A stretch of 64,000 nt of DNA from NCBI GenBank assembly GCA_965197645.1, contig OZ240219.1:512001-576000 (forward strand), read 5' to 3'. This document shows, piece after piece, positions 47,988-58,763 of the stretch; position 1 is the first letter of the stretch; every line of letters begins with the position of its first letter. The translations under genes were made by a program, and so were the position numbers. This DNA is from Dehalococcoidia bacterium. Its GTDB lineage: Bacteria > Chloroflexota > Dehalococcoidia > Plut-88900. The notes under the pieces are model-generated. The model did not search any database and was not told the DNA's origin. It was given only the letters and a program-made list of their open reading frames with translations.

Positions 47988-48353
47988 TTACGCTCCCCCA
48001 CCTTCGTTCAGCGTCACCGTCTCTCTGACCCACGCCGCAAACTGCTCCCTGTCTATCTCCTCCATGCTCCGCACCTTCACGTGGCGCATTTTGGCTCCCG
48101 TGCCCTCTATGCGGCCCGTCGGGTCGGTCAGGTTGGCCCCGTTCCACAGACCGAGGGTCACATACTTGTCGGACATCGAGGCTATGTACACCACCCGACC
48201 GCTCTTTTTCTCGTAGCACGGGTTCCCCCACTTCACGGTCTCGGAGAGCTCCGGATCGGTCTCCAGCACCAGCTCCCTGATCGCCTGCGCTATCCTCCGC
48301 TGCTGGGCGCTGCGGCCTGCCAACCATTCGTCGACGGTCTTTTTCCCTGCCAC
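47988..48353 (-). CDS. DUF1801 (YdhG-like) protein
   Basis: ETVKWGNPCY, LEG-like IEGTGAKMRHVK. Confidence 0.85.
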   Translation of the reverse strand: MAGKKTVDEWLAGRSAQQRRIAQAIRELVLETDPELSETVKWGNPCYEKKSGRVVYIASMSDKYVTLGLWNGANLTDPTGRIEGTGAKMRHVKVRSMEEIDREQFAAWVRETVTLNEGGGA

Positions 48354-48485
48354 GTCGATGCTCCTATTCCGGGCGGGAAGCCCTTGCGGGGTCTACTTTA
48401 TCAAACCCGGTGAAGAGGGGCGCCTGCGGCTCCGAGCGCTCGTCCTAGACCAAATTGCGGCGCCTAACGAACGGAGGTTATACTG

Positions 48486-50738
48486 GTGAGTACTAGGACG
48501 AGGCCGATCCACATCATGGACAAGACCGATCTCATAACCAGGGCCGAAAAGTACCTACCCACCGAAAAGGTGGCCGTCATCGAGGCCGCCAGCGACTTCT
48601 CTGCCGAGTGCCACGAGGGCCAGTTCCGGCTGTCCGGCGAACCCTACTTCCAGCACCCTCTCCGCACGGCTATAACCCTCTCCGATTTGAAGCTGGACAC
48701 CACCTGCATCTGTGCCGCCCTGCTCCACGACGTCATGGAGGACTGCGGAGTCACCAGGGAGGAGCTGGACGAGCGGTTCGGGATGGAGATACAGCGGCTC
48801 GTCGATGGCGTGACCAAGCTCACCCGGCTGGAAATCCAGTCGATGAGGCCGGCCTTCTCAGGCGATAACGGAGTCAGCCACTCGATAACCCAGGCGGAGA
48901 ACCTGCGCAAGATGCTGGTAGCCATGGCTGAGGACGTTCGCGTAGTCATTATCAAGCTGGCCGATCGGCTTCACAACATGCAGACTCTCCGATTCCTGCC
49001 CAGGGAGCGCCAGCTCAGGAACGCCCGCGAGACCCTGGACATCTTCGCCCCTCTGGCCCACCGGCTCGGCATGGCTGAGATCAAGTGGCAGCTGGAGGAC
49101 CTCTCCTTCCGGTATCTGCAACCCCAGAGGTACAAGGAGGTCTCCAAGCTCCTCACTCACAAGAGGCAGGAGCGGGAGCGGTTCATCTCCAGCCTGACCA
49201 AGACGGTAAAGACCGCCCTGGCCGCAGCGGGAATAGATGCCCAGGTCACCGGCAGGCCCAAACACATATACAGCATCCACAAGAAGATGGAGAAGTACTC
49301 GGCCCAGGGCAAGGAGTTCGACCAGATATACGATCTGCTAGCCCTCCGGGTCCTGGTGGACAAGGTGGCGGACTGCTACGCGGCTCTCGGAGTGGTCCAC
49401 AGCCTCTGGCACCCGGTCCCCGGCGAGTTCGACGACTATATCGCCAATCCCCGCCCCAACAACTACCAGTCGTTGCACACCTCGGTGATGGGCCGGGGCG
49501 GCGTGCCGTTGGAAGTGCAGATCAGGACCTACGAGATGCACAGCGTCGCCGAGTACGGCATAGCCTCTCACTGGCGCTACAAAGAGGGCGCCAACGGCGA
49601 CGCCCAGTACGAAGAGAGGATGGCGAGGCAGCTCCAGGACTGGCAACTGGAGGTGGCCGCCGCCCAGGAGTCCCTCGATTCTGAGAACGACGAGATGGGC
49701 GCCCGGGAGTTCATCGAATCGGTCAAGACAGATATCTTCCCGGACAGGGTGTTCGTCTACACCCCCAAGGGCGAGGTAAAGGAGCTTCCCACCGGGGCTA
49801 CGCCCATAGATTTCGCCTACCGGATCCACACGGATATCGGCCACAAATGCGCCGGGGCCAAGGTAAACAACAGGCTTGTGCCCCTTAACCACCAGCTCCA
49901 TAGCGGCGACACCGTGGAGATCCTCACCAGCAGCAAAGTCTCCGGTCCCCGGCTGGACTGGCTCAACCGGAACCTGGGTTTCGTGCAGACCGCGGGAGCG
50001 CGGCAGGCGATCCGCCTGTGGTTCCGGCGCCGGGAGCGGGACGAGAACGTGCAGCGGGGCAAAGAGCTGATCCAGAGGGAGATGAGACGCCTCGCCCTCG
50101 ATACCCCGGTCGAGGAGATCGCTCAGCAGTTCTCCTACTCCACGCCCGATGACTTTCTGGCCGCGCTGGGGTCCGGCGCCGTCACCATTCACCAGGTCAC
50201 CTCCCGAATGCTGCCTCCCTCCAGGCCGAAGGAGCTGGAAGCGTTGGCCCAGACCTCGGTGTCCAGGACCCCGGCATCGGTCAAAGTGCTGGGCACCGAT
50301 GACGTGCTGACCCAACTGGCCCGGTGCTGCAGCCCCCTGCCCGGCGATGAGATCAAGGGCTTCATCACCCGCAGCCGGGGCGTTACCATTCATCGTAAGA
50401 GCTGCCACAACGTGGTCAACGAAACGGAGAGGGAGCGGCTCATCGACGTCGAGTGGGGCGCCGCCGCCCAGCTGTACCCAGTGGTCGTCAAGCTGGAGGC
50501 CACCGACCGGGTCGGCCTCCTGCGCGATATCACCACCATAGTGTCGGAAGAGAAGGTAAACATACAGGGCGTCGTAACCGAGGTCATGGGAGACGGCACC
50601 GTGTCCGAGTACCTCAACCTGGAAACCAGCGGAATAGGCCAGCTTAGCCGGATCCTGTCCAAGCTGGAGCAGGTCAAGGGTGTCCTAGCCGTAGCCCGAA
50701 GCGATCAGGGCCTTCCCCTCAAGCAAGAGGTCAGGTAG
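48486..50738 (+). CDS. relA: Bifunctional (p)ppGpp synthetase/hydrolase Rel (HD, SYNTH, TGS, ACT)
   Basis: LLHDVMED, KLADRLHNM, YQSLHT, TPIDFAY, DRVGLL; alternative start 48516. Confidence 0.96.
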   Translation: MSTRTRPIHIMDKTDLITRAEKYLPTEKVAVIEAASDFSAECHEGQFRLSGEPYFQHPLRTAITLSDLKLDTTCICAALLHDVMEDCGVTREELDERFGMEIQRLVDGVTKLTRLEIQSMRPAFSGDNGVSHSITQAENLRKMLVAMAEDVRVVIIKLADRLHNMQTLRFLPRERQLRNARETLDIFAPLAHRLGMAEIKWQLEDLSFRYLQPQRYKEVSKLLTHKRQERERFISSLTKTVKTALAAAGIDAQVTGRPKHIYSIHKKMEKYSAQGKEFDQIYDLLALRVLVDKVADCYAALGVVHSLWHPVPGEFDDYIANPRPNNYQSLHTSVMGRGGVPLEVQIRTYEMHSVAEYGIASHWRYKEGANGDAQYEERMARQLQDWQLEVAAAQESLDSENDEMGAREFIESVKTDIFPDRVFVYTPKGEVKELPTGATPIDFAYRIHTDIGHKCAGAKVNNRLVPLNHQLHSGDTVEILTSSKVSGPRLDWLNRNLGFVQTAGARQAIRLWFRRRERDENVQRGKELIQREMRRLALDTPVEEIAQQFSYSTPDDFLAALGSGAVTIHQVTSRMLPPSRPKELEALAQTSVSRTPASVKVLGTDDVLTQLARCCSPLPGDEIKGFITRSRGVTIHRKSCHNVVNETERERLIDVEWGAAAQLYPVVVKLEATDRVGLLRDITTIVSEEKVNIQGVVTEVMGDGTVSEYLNLETSGIGQLSRILSKLEQVKGVLAVARSDQGLPLKQEVR

Positions 50739-50769
50739 AATAGCCCGACCATAAGAAGCGAGCATTAAC

Positions 50770-51048
50770 TTGGCAAACTCTAAATCGGCCGCCAAATCGG
50801 CCCGGGTAACCCAGCGCAAGACCGAGATCAACCGGAGGGTCATGGTTTCCCTCAGGACCTTCGTCAAGAAGGCCGATACCGCCATCAATCGAGGCGACGT
50901 GGGAGAGGCCCAGAAGTCCACGCGACTGGCCATCGAGAAGCTGGACCGGGCCGGCGCCAAGGGCTACATCCACCACAACACCGCATCCCGCACCAAGTCG
51001 AGGATGATGGTGCGCCTCAACAAGATGATGGCCGAAGCCACCTCCTGA
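50770..51048 (+). CDS. rpsT: 30S ribosomal protein S20
   Basis: MANSKSAAK..KGYIHHNTASRTKSR. Confidence 0.95.
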   Translation: MANSKSAAKSARVTQRKTEINRRVMVSLRTFVKKADTAINRGDVGEAQKSTRLAIEKLDRAGAKGYIHHNTASRTKSRMMVRLNKMMAEATS

Positions 51049-51171
51049 CCCCTCACCACCCCACGGCAACGCCTCCCTGGCTTTAGTCCCGCACCGGATC
51101 CTGAGCCAGTCTCCGTAACCCGCCACGTTCTTGAATGATTCTGATCCCGCTCGGGGTGCCGGAACCAGCCG

Positions 51172-52290
51172 CTAGGAAGCGACCGCCGCAAACCGGTCCG
51201 GCAGCAGCTCCGATATCTCCCATGGCGTCTCGCCCCGGGTAATCAGCTCCGTGATCACCATGCCCATGATGGTGCTCAGCAGTATCCCCTTGCGCCCCGC
51301 GCCGGTACACAGGTATACGCCGTCCCACCCGGGCACCGGTCCGATGATGGGCAGGTGGTCGGCGGAAAGGGGCCTGAGACAGGCCGTCTGCAGGGCCAGC
51401 TCCGCCTCTTCCAGGGCGGGCACCATCTTCAGGGCGTCGGCCATCACCTTCTCCGTGCCGTAAGGGGTTATCGATTCGTCGAATCCCTCTTCCTCCTCCG
51501 TGGTACCGCACCAGGTCAGGCCGTCGGGCTTGCTTCCGGCGTAGCTGTGCCGGTAGCCCAGCGAGCAAGCTAGCGGCTCTCCCTGCATCTGCAACCGGAG
51601 TATCTGGCCCTTCAACGGGGTCACCGGAACGGGAAAATCGAGCCACTCAGAGGCTTGGCCGCTCCAGGGGCCCATGGCCACGACGATCGTATCGCACGGT
51701 ACCTCGCCGCTATCCAGCACTACCGCCGAGGGCCGGTTTCCATCCCGCTTGATCCCCACCACCTTGCCGTGTCGCTGCTTGGCGCCCATCCTCTCCGCGG
51801 CCTGGATCAGTGCCAGCACGAACCGGTAGGCCTCCACCGCCGCCCCTTCCTCCATGCGGCTGGCCCCGATCACCTCGGGGTTGATCCTGGGCTCGATGCG
51901 ACGTGCTTCCTCCCCGGTGACCATCTCCGCCTTCACCCCTGCCGCCGCCTGCCACGCCAGCCGCTCTTCGAGCTCCTTCAGGTCCTCCTCGTCGAAGGCC
52001 AAGGCCATGCCGGGCCCTTTGCGATAAAAGGTATCGACGTTGGTAATGCGCAACAGGTCCTCGAATAGCACCTCGTGGAGCCGGTAGGCCTCTCGAGCCA
52101 GCGGGAACACGGGACCCGGTATCCCGGCCCCGGAGTGGTAGGTCAGACCGCCAAAGGCGAACCCCGAGGCATGACTACCGATGGCCTCCATCTCGATCAC
52201 CGTGGAACCAAACCCCTCTTTCGCCAGGTAGTAGGCCGTGGCACACCCTGCAGCCCCTCCCCCCAGTATCACGATCTCCTCCGAAGCCAT
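51172..52290 (-). CDS. FAD-dependent oxidoreductase, glycine oxidase ThiO-like
   Basis: GGGAAG, PLKGQIL, LRPLSADHLPIIG, GAGRKGILL. Confidence 0.88.
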   Translation of the reverse strand: MASEEIVILGGGAAGCATAYYLAKEGFGSTVIEMEAIGSHASGFAFGGLTYHSGAGIPGPVFPLAREAYRLHEVLFEDLLRITNVDTFYRKGPGMALAFDEEDLKELEERLAWQAAAGVKAEMVTGEEARRIEPRINPEVIGASRMEEGAAVEAYRFVLALIQAAERMGAKQRHGKVVGIKRDGNRPSAVVLDSGEVPCDTIVVAMGPWSGQASEWLDFPVPVTPLKGQILRLQMQGEPLACSLGYRHSYAGSKPDGLTWCGTTEEEEGFDESITPYGTEKVMADALKMVPALEEAELALQTACLRPLSADHLPIIGPVPGWDGVYLCTGAGRKGILLSTIMGMVITELITRGETPWEISELLPDRFAAVAS

Positions 52291-52471
52291 AACGCCTCCC
52301 GATTTTGTCACTTGGTTATTTGAGCGAAGCGGGCCCCACGCGGCATGAAACGGTGCGAGACCTCTAGTCTACCTTCACACTGGGCCTATCTAAGAATCGT
52401 CCGGCCCGTTTCCTTGCTCCAGCCGGCCTACCGAGACGTCGACGACGGGGTCCTCTATACTCCGGCAACCC

Positions 52472-52765
52472 TCATCGGACGGACAACCGAGCATGAACCT
52501 CGCAGGGCAGATTATGGAACTGCCGGGCCTGCCTGTCCAACGCCGAGGCCAGATGGGGCACCATCTCGTCCACCTTCTCATCGCTGGCTTCCGAGGGTGT
52601 ATCCACGCTGAGCATGGCCGTCACCTTGCAATCACAGGTCACCTTGAACACCAGGGCGTCCGGTTTGTACGGCCCCACGCCTATCGGCATCTTGCCGCTG
52701 AACGACTGAATGCCCGGCTCCGTCACCACGGCGAGTATCCGCTTGGCCAGCTCTTCCCGCTCCAT
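52472..52765 (-). CDS. Hypothetical protein, 97 aa
   Basis: MEREELAKRILAVV..CDC..LPCEVH; host-like codon usage downstream of the sirtuin. Confidence 0.6.
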   Translation of the reverse strand: MEREELAKRILAVVTEPGIQSFSGKMPIGVGPYKPDALVFKVTCDCKVTAMLSVDTPSEASDEKVDEMVPHLASALDRQARQFHNLPCEVHARLSVR

Positions 52766-52809
52766 TGTGGTCAATGGTATCAGGCTAGGAAACGGCCAAC
52801 AAGGATAGG

Positions 52810-53595
52810 TCAGGACCCCTTTGCCGCTTGCACTCCATCCACTATCCTGGGCAGCACCTCGCCGGAGGGCGATCTGAGGACCACGTCGCACCGGCCGCTG
52901 ATGACTGTGTCGTAGGGGTTGATCTCTATCAGGAATCCCCCCGACGCCTTCACCTCCAGCGGAAACCCGGCCGCAGGATACACCTCGGCGGTGGTGCCGA
53001 TGAGCAGCATGCAATCGCATTTTTCCGTCTCGGTCTGGCACCGGGCCAGCACGTCGAGGGGGATCGGCTCTCCGAACATCACCGTATCGTCCTTGACCAA
53101 CCCTCCGCAGTGGGGACACATGGGCGGGTAATCATCGATGCGAAACTCGTCCTGGTGCCAGCGGGTGCGGCATCCTACGCACCGCATCTTGGTCATGTTG
53201 CCGTGGATCTCCGCCACCTTGCTGCTGCCCGCACGCTGGTGCAGATTGTCGACGTTCTGGGTAATGATGCAGTTCATGAACCCCAACGACTCCAGGTCCG
53301 CCAAGGCGACGTGACCGGGGTTCGGCTCAGCCTGCGCAAAGGTCTCGTGGAACTCCGCCGAAGGCCCATCCTCGTTCAGCCTCTCCATCCACCACTTGTG
53401 AGGGTCTGCCAGGAACCGTTGATACCCGTCCATCGGCGGTTCGCCATACTTGGTCCAAAGTCCGCCGGGACCTCGGAAGGGCGGGATGCCGCTCTCCACC
53501 GACATACCGGCCCCCACCAGGGCCATCGGGTAATTGGCATTGGCCACTGTATGAATGGCCCGGACCAGCTCCGCCTCCAGGTTTACGTCCACCAT
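52810..53595 (-). CDS. cobB: NAD-dependent protein deacylase (sirtuin)
   Basis: GAGMSVESGIPPFRG, TQNVDNLH, HGN, two CxxC. Confidence 0.93.
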   Translation of the reverse strand: MVDVNLEAELVRAIHTVANANYPMALVGAGMSVESGIPPFRGPGGLWTKYGEPPMDGYQRFLADPHKWWMERLNEDGPSAEFHETFAQAEPNPGHVALADLESLGFMNCIITQNVDNLHQRAGSSKVAEIHGNMTKMRCVGCRTRWHQDEFRIDDYPPMCPHCGGLVKDDTVMFGEPIPLDVLARCQTETEKCDCMLLIGTTAEVYPAAGFPLEVKASGGFLIEINPYDTVISGRCDVVLRSPSGEVLPRIVDGVQAAKGS

Positions 53596-53614
53596 GGCGG
53601 CCTCCTTCTCAGCG

Positions 53615-54823
53615 TTACATCTGTTGCTCGGCCCGCTGCGACATCTCCAGCTCGCCCTGCCTCACCCTGTACACCCGGGCCCTGGACAGAAACTCGCTAT
53701 CAACCCTATCCAAGTCCGTGGTCGTCAGAATGGTCTGCTGGGTGGTCAAGGCACTGTCCAACACCTGCTTTCGCCTCGATTCGTCCAGCTCGGAAAGGAT
53801 ATCATCCAGCAGGAGAACCGGGTCCTCACCCGTCTTGCGGACTAGGAAGTTGGCCTCGGCCAGCTTCACCGCCGCCACTATCGTGCGCTGCTGCCCTCGA
53901 GAGCCGTACATCGCCATGTCGGTCCCGTTGACCAGGAACCGCAGATCGTCCCGGTGCGGCCCCGTCACCGACATCCCCTGGGCTACCTCCCGGTCCCGCC
54001 GGGCTGCGAGCTCCCGGTGGAACACCTCCTTCAGCCCTTCGGGAGAGCCCCAATCGACGCCCTCCTCCTCAAGCCCCGGGGGGTTCGGTAGATAGGCTAT
54101 ACGAAGGTCTTCCGCACTGGCCGATAGCTCCGAGTGTATCACCTGGGCCAGCAGATTGATTTCTTCGATCATCTGCTTACGTTGAAACAGGAGCCGGCTC
54201 CCCTCGTCGACCAGCTGGCCGTCCCAGACCTGCAGCTCGTCTCGATGGGCGCTCCCCTCCCTGATCAGCCGGAGCAGGCTGTTACGCTGGGTCAGTATCC
54301 TGGTGTACCGTTGCAGCGCTCGCAGGTAGGCGCTATCAACTTGAGAGTTGGTGATGTCCAGGTACCGCCTTCTTACGCTGGGCGAGCCGCTCACCAGCTC
54401 TACGTCCTGGGTTGTAAACAACACGACGTTCAACCGCCCCATAGCGTCCGAGGCCCGCCTGGCTACTCCGTTGACCTTGATCTGCTTCCTCAGATAGGGC
54501 TGGGGCCCATCGGGCTGGCCGCTGGGCGCCGCTGGAGATTCGGATCCCAGGGCGATCTCGAGACGCACTTTCTCCTCGCGCCTTTGCACGTCTCCCACCA
54601 ACCGCGCCACCGATAGCACCCCATCTCCCGAGTCCCACCCGATCATCTCTCGGTCCATGCCCGCCCTTGACGACTTGGTGGTTGCCAGCATGTACACCGC
54701 CTCCAGAAAGTTGGACTTCCCCTGAGCATTGCTGCCGTACAGCACCACCGGCCCTGCTTCCAGCTCCAGCTGCAAGGATGAGTAGTTCCTGAAGTTGGAC
54801 AGGCCCAGATACCCTAGATACAT
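53615..54823 (-). CDS. recF: DNA replication/repair protein RecF
   Basis: NFRNY, GSNAQGKSN, GPHRDDL, SRGQQR, LLLDDILSELD. Confidence 0.97.
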   Translation of the reverse strand: MYLGYLGLSNFRNYSSLQLELEAGPVVLYGSNAQGKSNFLEAVYMLATTKSSRAGMDREMIGWDSGDGVLSVARLVGDVQRREEKVRLEIALGSESPAAPSGQPDGPQPYLRKQIKVNGVARRASDAMGRLNVVLFTTQDVELVSGSPSVRRRYLDITNSQVDSAYLRALQRYTRILTQRNSLLRLIREGSAHRDELQVWDGQLVDEGSRLLFQRKQMIEEINLLAQVIHSELSASAEDLRIAYLPNPPGLEEEGVDWGSPEGLKEVFHRELAARRDREVAQGMSVTGPHRDDLRFLVNGTDMAMYGSRGQQRTIVAAVKLAEANFLVRKTGEDPVLLLDDILSELDESRRKQVLDSALTTQQTILTTTDLDRVDSEFLSRARVYRVRQGELEMSQRAEQQM

Positions 54824-54936
54824 GCTCCCTACACTCTATTCGTATCGATTTGGGCCTGCAAGAGAGCTATCGATGGTGATAATATACAGTCTCTCTCACA
54901 CACGCTGGGGCGTTCATACACACCAGGGAGGTCAGG

Positions 54937-55692
54937 TTGAAGATTGCAAGGTACTACGCAGACGGTCGCACCTACTACGGGTTGATCGAAGGCGATTCCA
55001 TAAATCGGATAGCAGGCGATATCTTCACAGAGTACACCCTAGCCGACGAGGTCCGTCCCCTGGAGAGCGTCAAGCTGCGGGCGCCGGTGGTAGGCGCCAA
55101 GGTGCTGGCGGTGGGCCTCAACTACGCCAGCCACCTGGGCAACGCCAAGGCCCCGCCCGAGCCCGGCATCTTCCTGAAGTCCCCCTCAGCCCTGCTGGAC
55201 CCCGAGGAGTCAATCATACTGCCAAGCGACTCGGAGCACGTGGAACCCGAAGGCGAACTGGTGATAGTAATGGGGCGAAGGGCGCGCGGCGTGTCGAAAG
55301 AAGAGGCCCTTGACCACGTCTTTGGCTACACCTGCGGCAACGACGTCAGCGGCCGGCCCTGGCAGCGCGGCGACCTGTCCTGGTGGCGGGCCAAGGCCTC
55401 CGATACCTTCGCTCCCCTCGGCCCTTGCATCAACACCGAGACCGACCCCTTCAACACTGATCTGGAGGTGCGCATCAACGGCGAGGTGGTCCAGAAGAGC
55501 AACACCTCCGACCTGATCTTCGACGTGCCGACCATCATCAGCTTCATCAGCCAGTCTATGACCCTGGATCCGGGAGACGTGATCTACACCGGCACTCCAG
55601 GCCGTCCCAAGAAGATCAACCCGGGTGACGTGGTCGAGGTGGAGCTGTCGGGCATAGGCGTCCTGCGCAACCCCGTCGCCTCCGAGACGTAA
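54937..55692 (+). CDS. Fumarylacetoacetate hydrolase family protein
   Basis: GLNYASH, EPEGEL, NDVSGR, KASDTF, TGTP. Confidence 0.93.
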   Translation: MKIARYYADGRTYYGLIEGDSINRIAGDIFTEYTLADEVRPLESVKLRAPVVGAKVLAVGLNYASHLGNAKAPPEPGIFLKSPSALLDPEESIILPSDSEHVEPEGELVIVMGRRARGVSKEEALDHVFGYTCGNDVSGRPWQRGDLSWWRAKASDTFAPLGPCINTETDPFNTDLEVRINGEVVQKSNTSDLIFDVPTIISFISQSMTLDPGDVIYTGTPGRPKKINPGDVVEVELSGIGVLRNPVASET

Positions 55693-55874
55693 GCCCTTCC
55701 ATAGGCGCTGTAATCAACAAAGTCGGTGGGCGGCGGCCTATCGAACTAGTACGCCTCCTTGCCCTGTCCCGTCGATTGATGTAGCCTATCTCATCGAATG
55801 ATGTAAGCGTTGGCCTGACCAGGACCAAGCCTCCCTCAGACGGTGACGGACTTGAGGGACGGACATCGAGGAGG

Positions 55875-57005
55875 ATGATCATGGCTGGTTACAGGGTGAT
55901 ATCGTCAGATTCTCACGTGTTCGAGCCGGCCGACCTGTGGACGGCCAGGATGGAGCCCGAGTTCAGGGACAGGGCGCCCGAGATCATCCATCGAGAGGAG
56001 GACGGAAGCGACTGGTGGGTCTGTGGAGACGTGAAATCGGTGAGCGGCGGGGACGGCGACGGGGCAGGCCGCAGATTTGACGACCTGGAGAACCTGAAAC
56101 ACGCCGGCTCCTTCGATGAAGTGCGTCTTGGCGGATACATCCCTGAAGAGCACATCAAGGACATGGACGTTGACGGGGTGACCGTCGGGGTCCTCTATCC
56201 CACTGCTGCCCTCTTCTGGTATGCCGTGCCCGATAGCGACCTCCTTTCATCGATATGCCGGGTCTACAACGACTGGCTGGCCGAGTTCTGCCGGCCCTAC
56301 CCCAAGCGTATCAAGGGCGTGGCCATGATCAACGTGGACGACGTCGAGGAAGGGGTGCACGAGCTGAAGCGGTCCGCCGACATGGGGCTGGTCGGCGCCA
56401 TGATACCCCTGACTCCCATCGAGGAGATGCCATACGATTCGCCGGAGTACGAGCCGATATGGGCAACCGCCGAAGAGCTGGGCATGCCCCTGAGTCTCCA
56501 CGTATCAACCAACCGGCCGATCAAGGGCCAGCCCTCCACGGACCTGGAAGCGGCCGGCGCAGCCGCGTTCACCAACGGCGACTTCATGGTCCGGATGTCC
56601 CTGGCCCAGATGATCTTCAGCGGTGTTTTCGAACGCTACCCGAAACTGCAGGTGGGAGCGGTCGAGCATGAGCTGTCCTGGGCTCCCTATTTCATCAACC
56701 GGATGGACTACACCTATACCCAGGTGCCCACCACCACCGTCGCCTACCGGTTCCAGGAGGACATGGTGCCCAGCGACTACTTCCATCGGAACTGCTTCCT
56801 CGGGTTCCAGGAGGACGACATCGGCATACGTCTGCGGGACCTGATCGGCGTGGACATCCTGATGTGGGGCTCGGACTATCCCCACCCCGAGTCCACCTTC
56901 CCCAGGAGCCAGCATATCCTGGAGGAGATCCTGGGTGACTGCACGGACGAGGAGAAGGCGAAGATCGCCGGCAGCAACTGCGCCAGGGTCTACAACCTGG
57001 ACTAG
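55875..57005 (+). CDS. Amidohydrolase 2 family protein
   Basis: SSDSHVFEP, YNDWLAE, GVFERYPKL, MWGSDYPHPES. Confidence 0.92.
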   Translation: MIMAGYRVISSDSHVFEPADLWTARMEPEFRDRAPEIIHREEDGSDWWVCGDVKSVSGGDGDGAGRRFDDLENLKHAGSFDEVRLGGYIPEEHIKDMDVDGVTVGVLYPTAALFWYAVPDSDLLSSICRVYNDWLAEFCRPYPKRIKGVAMINVDDVEEGVHELKRSADMGLVGAMIPLTPIEEMPYDSPEYEPIWATAEELGMPLSLHVSTNRPIKGQPSTDLEAAGAAAFTNGDFMVRMSLAQMIFSGVFERYPKLQVGAVEHELSWAPYFINRMDYTYTQVPTTTVAYRFQEDMVPSDYFHRNCFLGFQEDDIGIRLRDLIGVDILMWGSDYPHPESTFPRSQHILEEILGDCTDEEKAKIAGSNCARVYNLD

Positions 57006-57201
57006 GCGGCCCGGTATCCCGTTCGGAACCTAGACCACGTAATTTCATCGGACATCCGGAGCCGATCAGGTTGGCTCCTGAGCTCTAGGGTAGGCCCAAT
57101 AATCATCCGCTTGACACCTCGGCGCGGATGGGGACGATGGCGCAAAAGTCCTTCGGGCAGCGATTACCGTATCAGTACCTGATATCGTAGCGAGAAGGGA
57201 A

Positions 57202-57306
57202 ATGCCCCGTAAACCCAACCGCCTGTACTTTGGGGATTGTCTCGACGTTATGCGCGAGGATATCCCGGATGAGTCGGTCTACGCTCGGCCTCGGTCCGCA
57301 CTATAA
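57202..57306 (+). pseudogene. N-terminal remnant of a DNA adenine/N4-cytosine methyltransferase
   Basis: MPRKPNRLYFGDCLDVMREDIPDESV, then similarity stops just before the expected DLIYLDPPF. Confidence 0.65.
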
Positions 57307-57313
57307 TGGGAGT

Positions 57314-58350
57314 ATGCCACCCACCATCGACGATGCCCTCGAGATAGTGCACGGGACGGGCCCGGAGTACGGCCCCGGCCTCTCCAACCACGCTCCCATG
57401 GGAGCGGAGGCCCTGGTCGCTATGGGCCGCGTAGACTCCGTTGTCGCTTGGGTCGAAGAGTATGTGTCCGAACTGCAGCCCACACCTAAGAGCGTGCGGC
57501 CGATTTCACACGAGGACTGGCGCGAGGCGCTGGGCGACATCCGGCGCTTCGCCGACTGGGTCGCGTTCTTCGACCGCGCGCTTGTGGAGGCCCCGTGGCA
57601 AAGCCTCCTTGCCGAATGGGTGCCGCTGCTCGCCCCCTCGATCATGGCCGCCGCCACGCACGGTCTCCTTCGAACCGCCCATGCCGCCAGGAGCCTCGCG
57701 GAGTCCGAGACACCACTGCGCATCCACGAGTTTGCACAGGGGCTCGGCTACTGGGCGGCCCGCTACCAGGAGCTGCCCGGCCGCCCGTCGGCGGACGACT
57801 CGACCGAACTGCCGTCGGACGCCGTGCGGCGCCTGCGGCGCGTCCACGGCCCAGGCTTCGAGGAGCAGGGCCCTGCTCCTCGAAGCTACGCGGCCTTGAC
57901 GACGAGCCTGATTTCGAGTCCGCCATCGGCCTGTCCGGGCCGAGCGATGACCTCTCGGCGTTCCTGTCCGACCTGACGGAGACATTCGCCGGCCTCTACC
58001 TAGTCAACGACTCGTCGCCCATCGCGTTCGTACACACCGTAACCGCTCCAAGCTCGCTACGGCTGATCGCTCCGTACCTGGACGAAGCGGACGCCCGCCT
58101 GATCGCCCGGTACCTCTGGCAGGCGTGCGCCGCCATCTACGCGTGGTACGGTGTCCGCGACCCAGCTCCGCACACCGCCCCCGACGTCCTGTACCACGAC
58201 CGTGACGACCTCGTCGACCGCGCGCTCCACGCCCGCGGCCCACACACCATCAAGTTCACCGAGGCCTGTCTCCGCGAGAACGCCATAAATCAAAGCCCCG
58301 TGTACCTCTCCGCCGCCCGCGACGCCGCCGACCGCGTTGGGCCCTACTAA
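57314..58350 (+). pseudogene. Questin oxidase-like (DUF4243) protein, frameshifted near 57855-57886
   Basis: LSNHAPM, AATHGLLR, GLGYWAARY in one frame; FVHTVTAP and HTIKFTEAC in another. Confidence 0.75.
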
Positions 58351-58394
58351 CGGCCCGACCGGTTAGGCCCCTACTCTCTCAGTCTTCCGCCAAA

Positions 58395-58740
58395 GAGGAT
58401 TCCTCGATGGACTCGGAATGACCTCAGCGGGACACCCTCAGACTCCCGGCGAAGGGGCTTCGCCCCTCTGCACACCCCACGTTTCACCGGCCTGTTAATA
58501 CTCCATGCCGGACCTGTTGCCCCTTTGACATAGGCCAGCCCTATCTTCTCTCATGTCGTGGGTGCAGGGCCTCGCCCTGCCTCTGGCAGGGGGTCTGGGG
58601 GACGTTCCCCCAGATACCAAACGTCTCAGGACGGGCGGGCGGGGAAAACCACCTTGGGGGTGGGGCATACGCCCCGCCGGTTAACGGCCAGACCTAGCTA
58701 GATTGCCACGCCCCGACTTCGCCGGGTCTCGCAATGACGA
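58395..58740 (+). repeat. REP/BIME-like composite locus C
   Basis: Contains the inverted copy of locus A, one unit homologous to the locus B repeat, and a GATTCCTC..CTCGGAATGAC arm. Confidence 0.88.
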
Positions 58741-58763
58741 GGGGGTCGTTGCTAAGGGACTAG

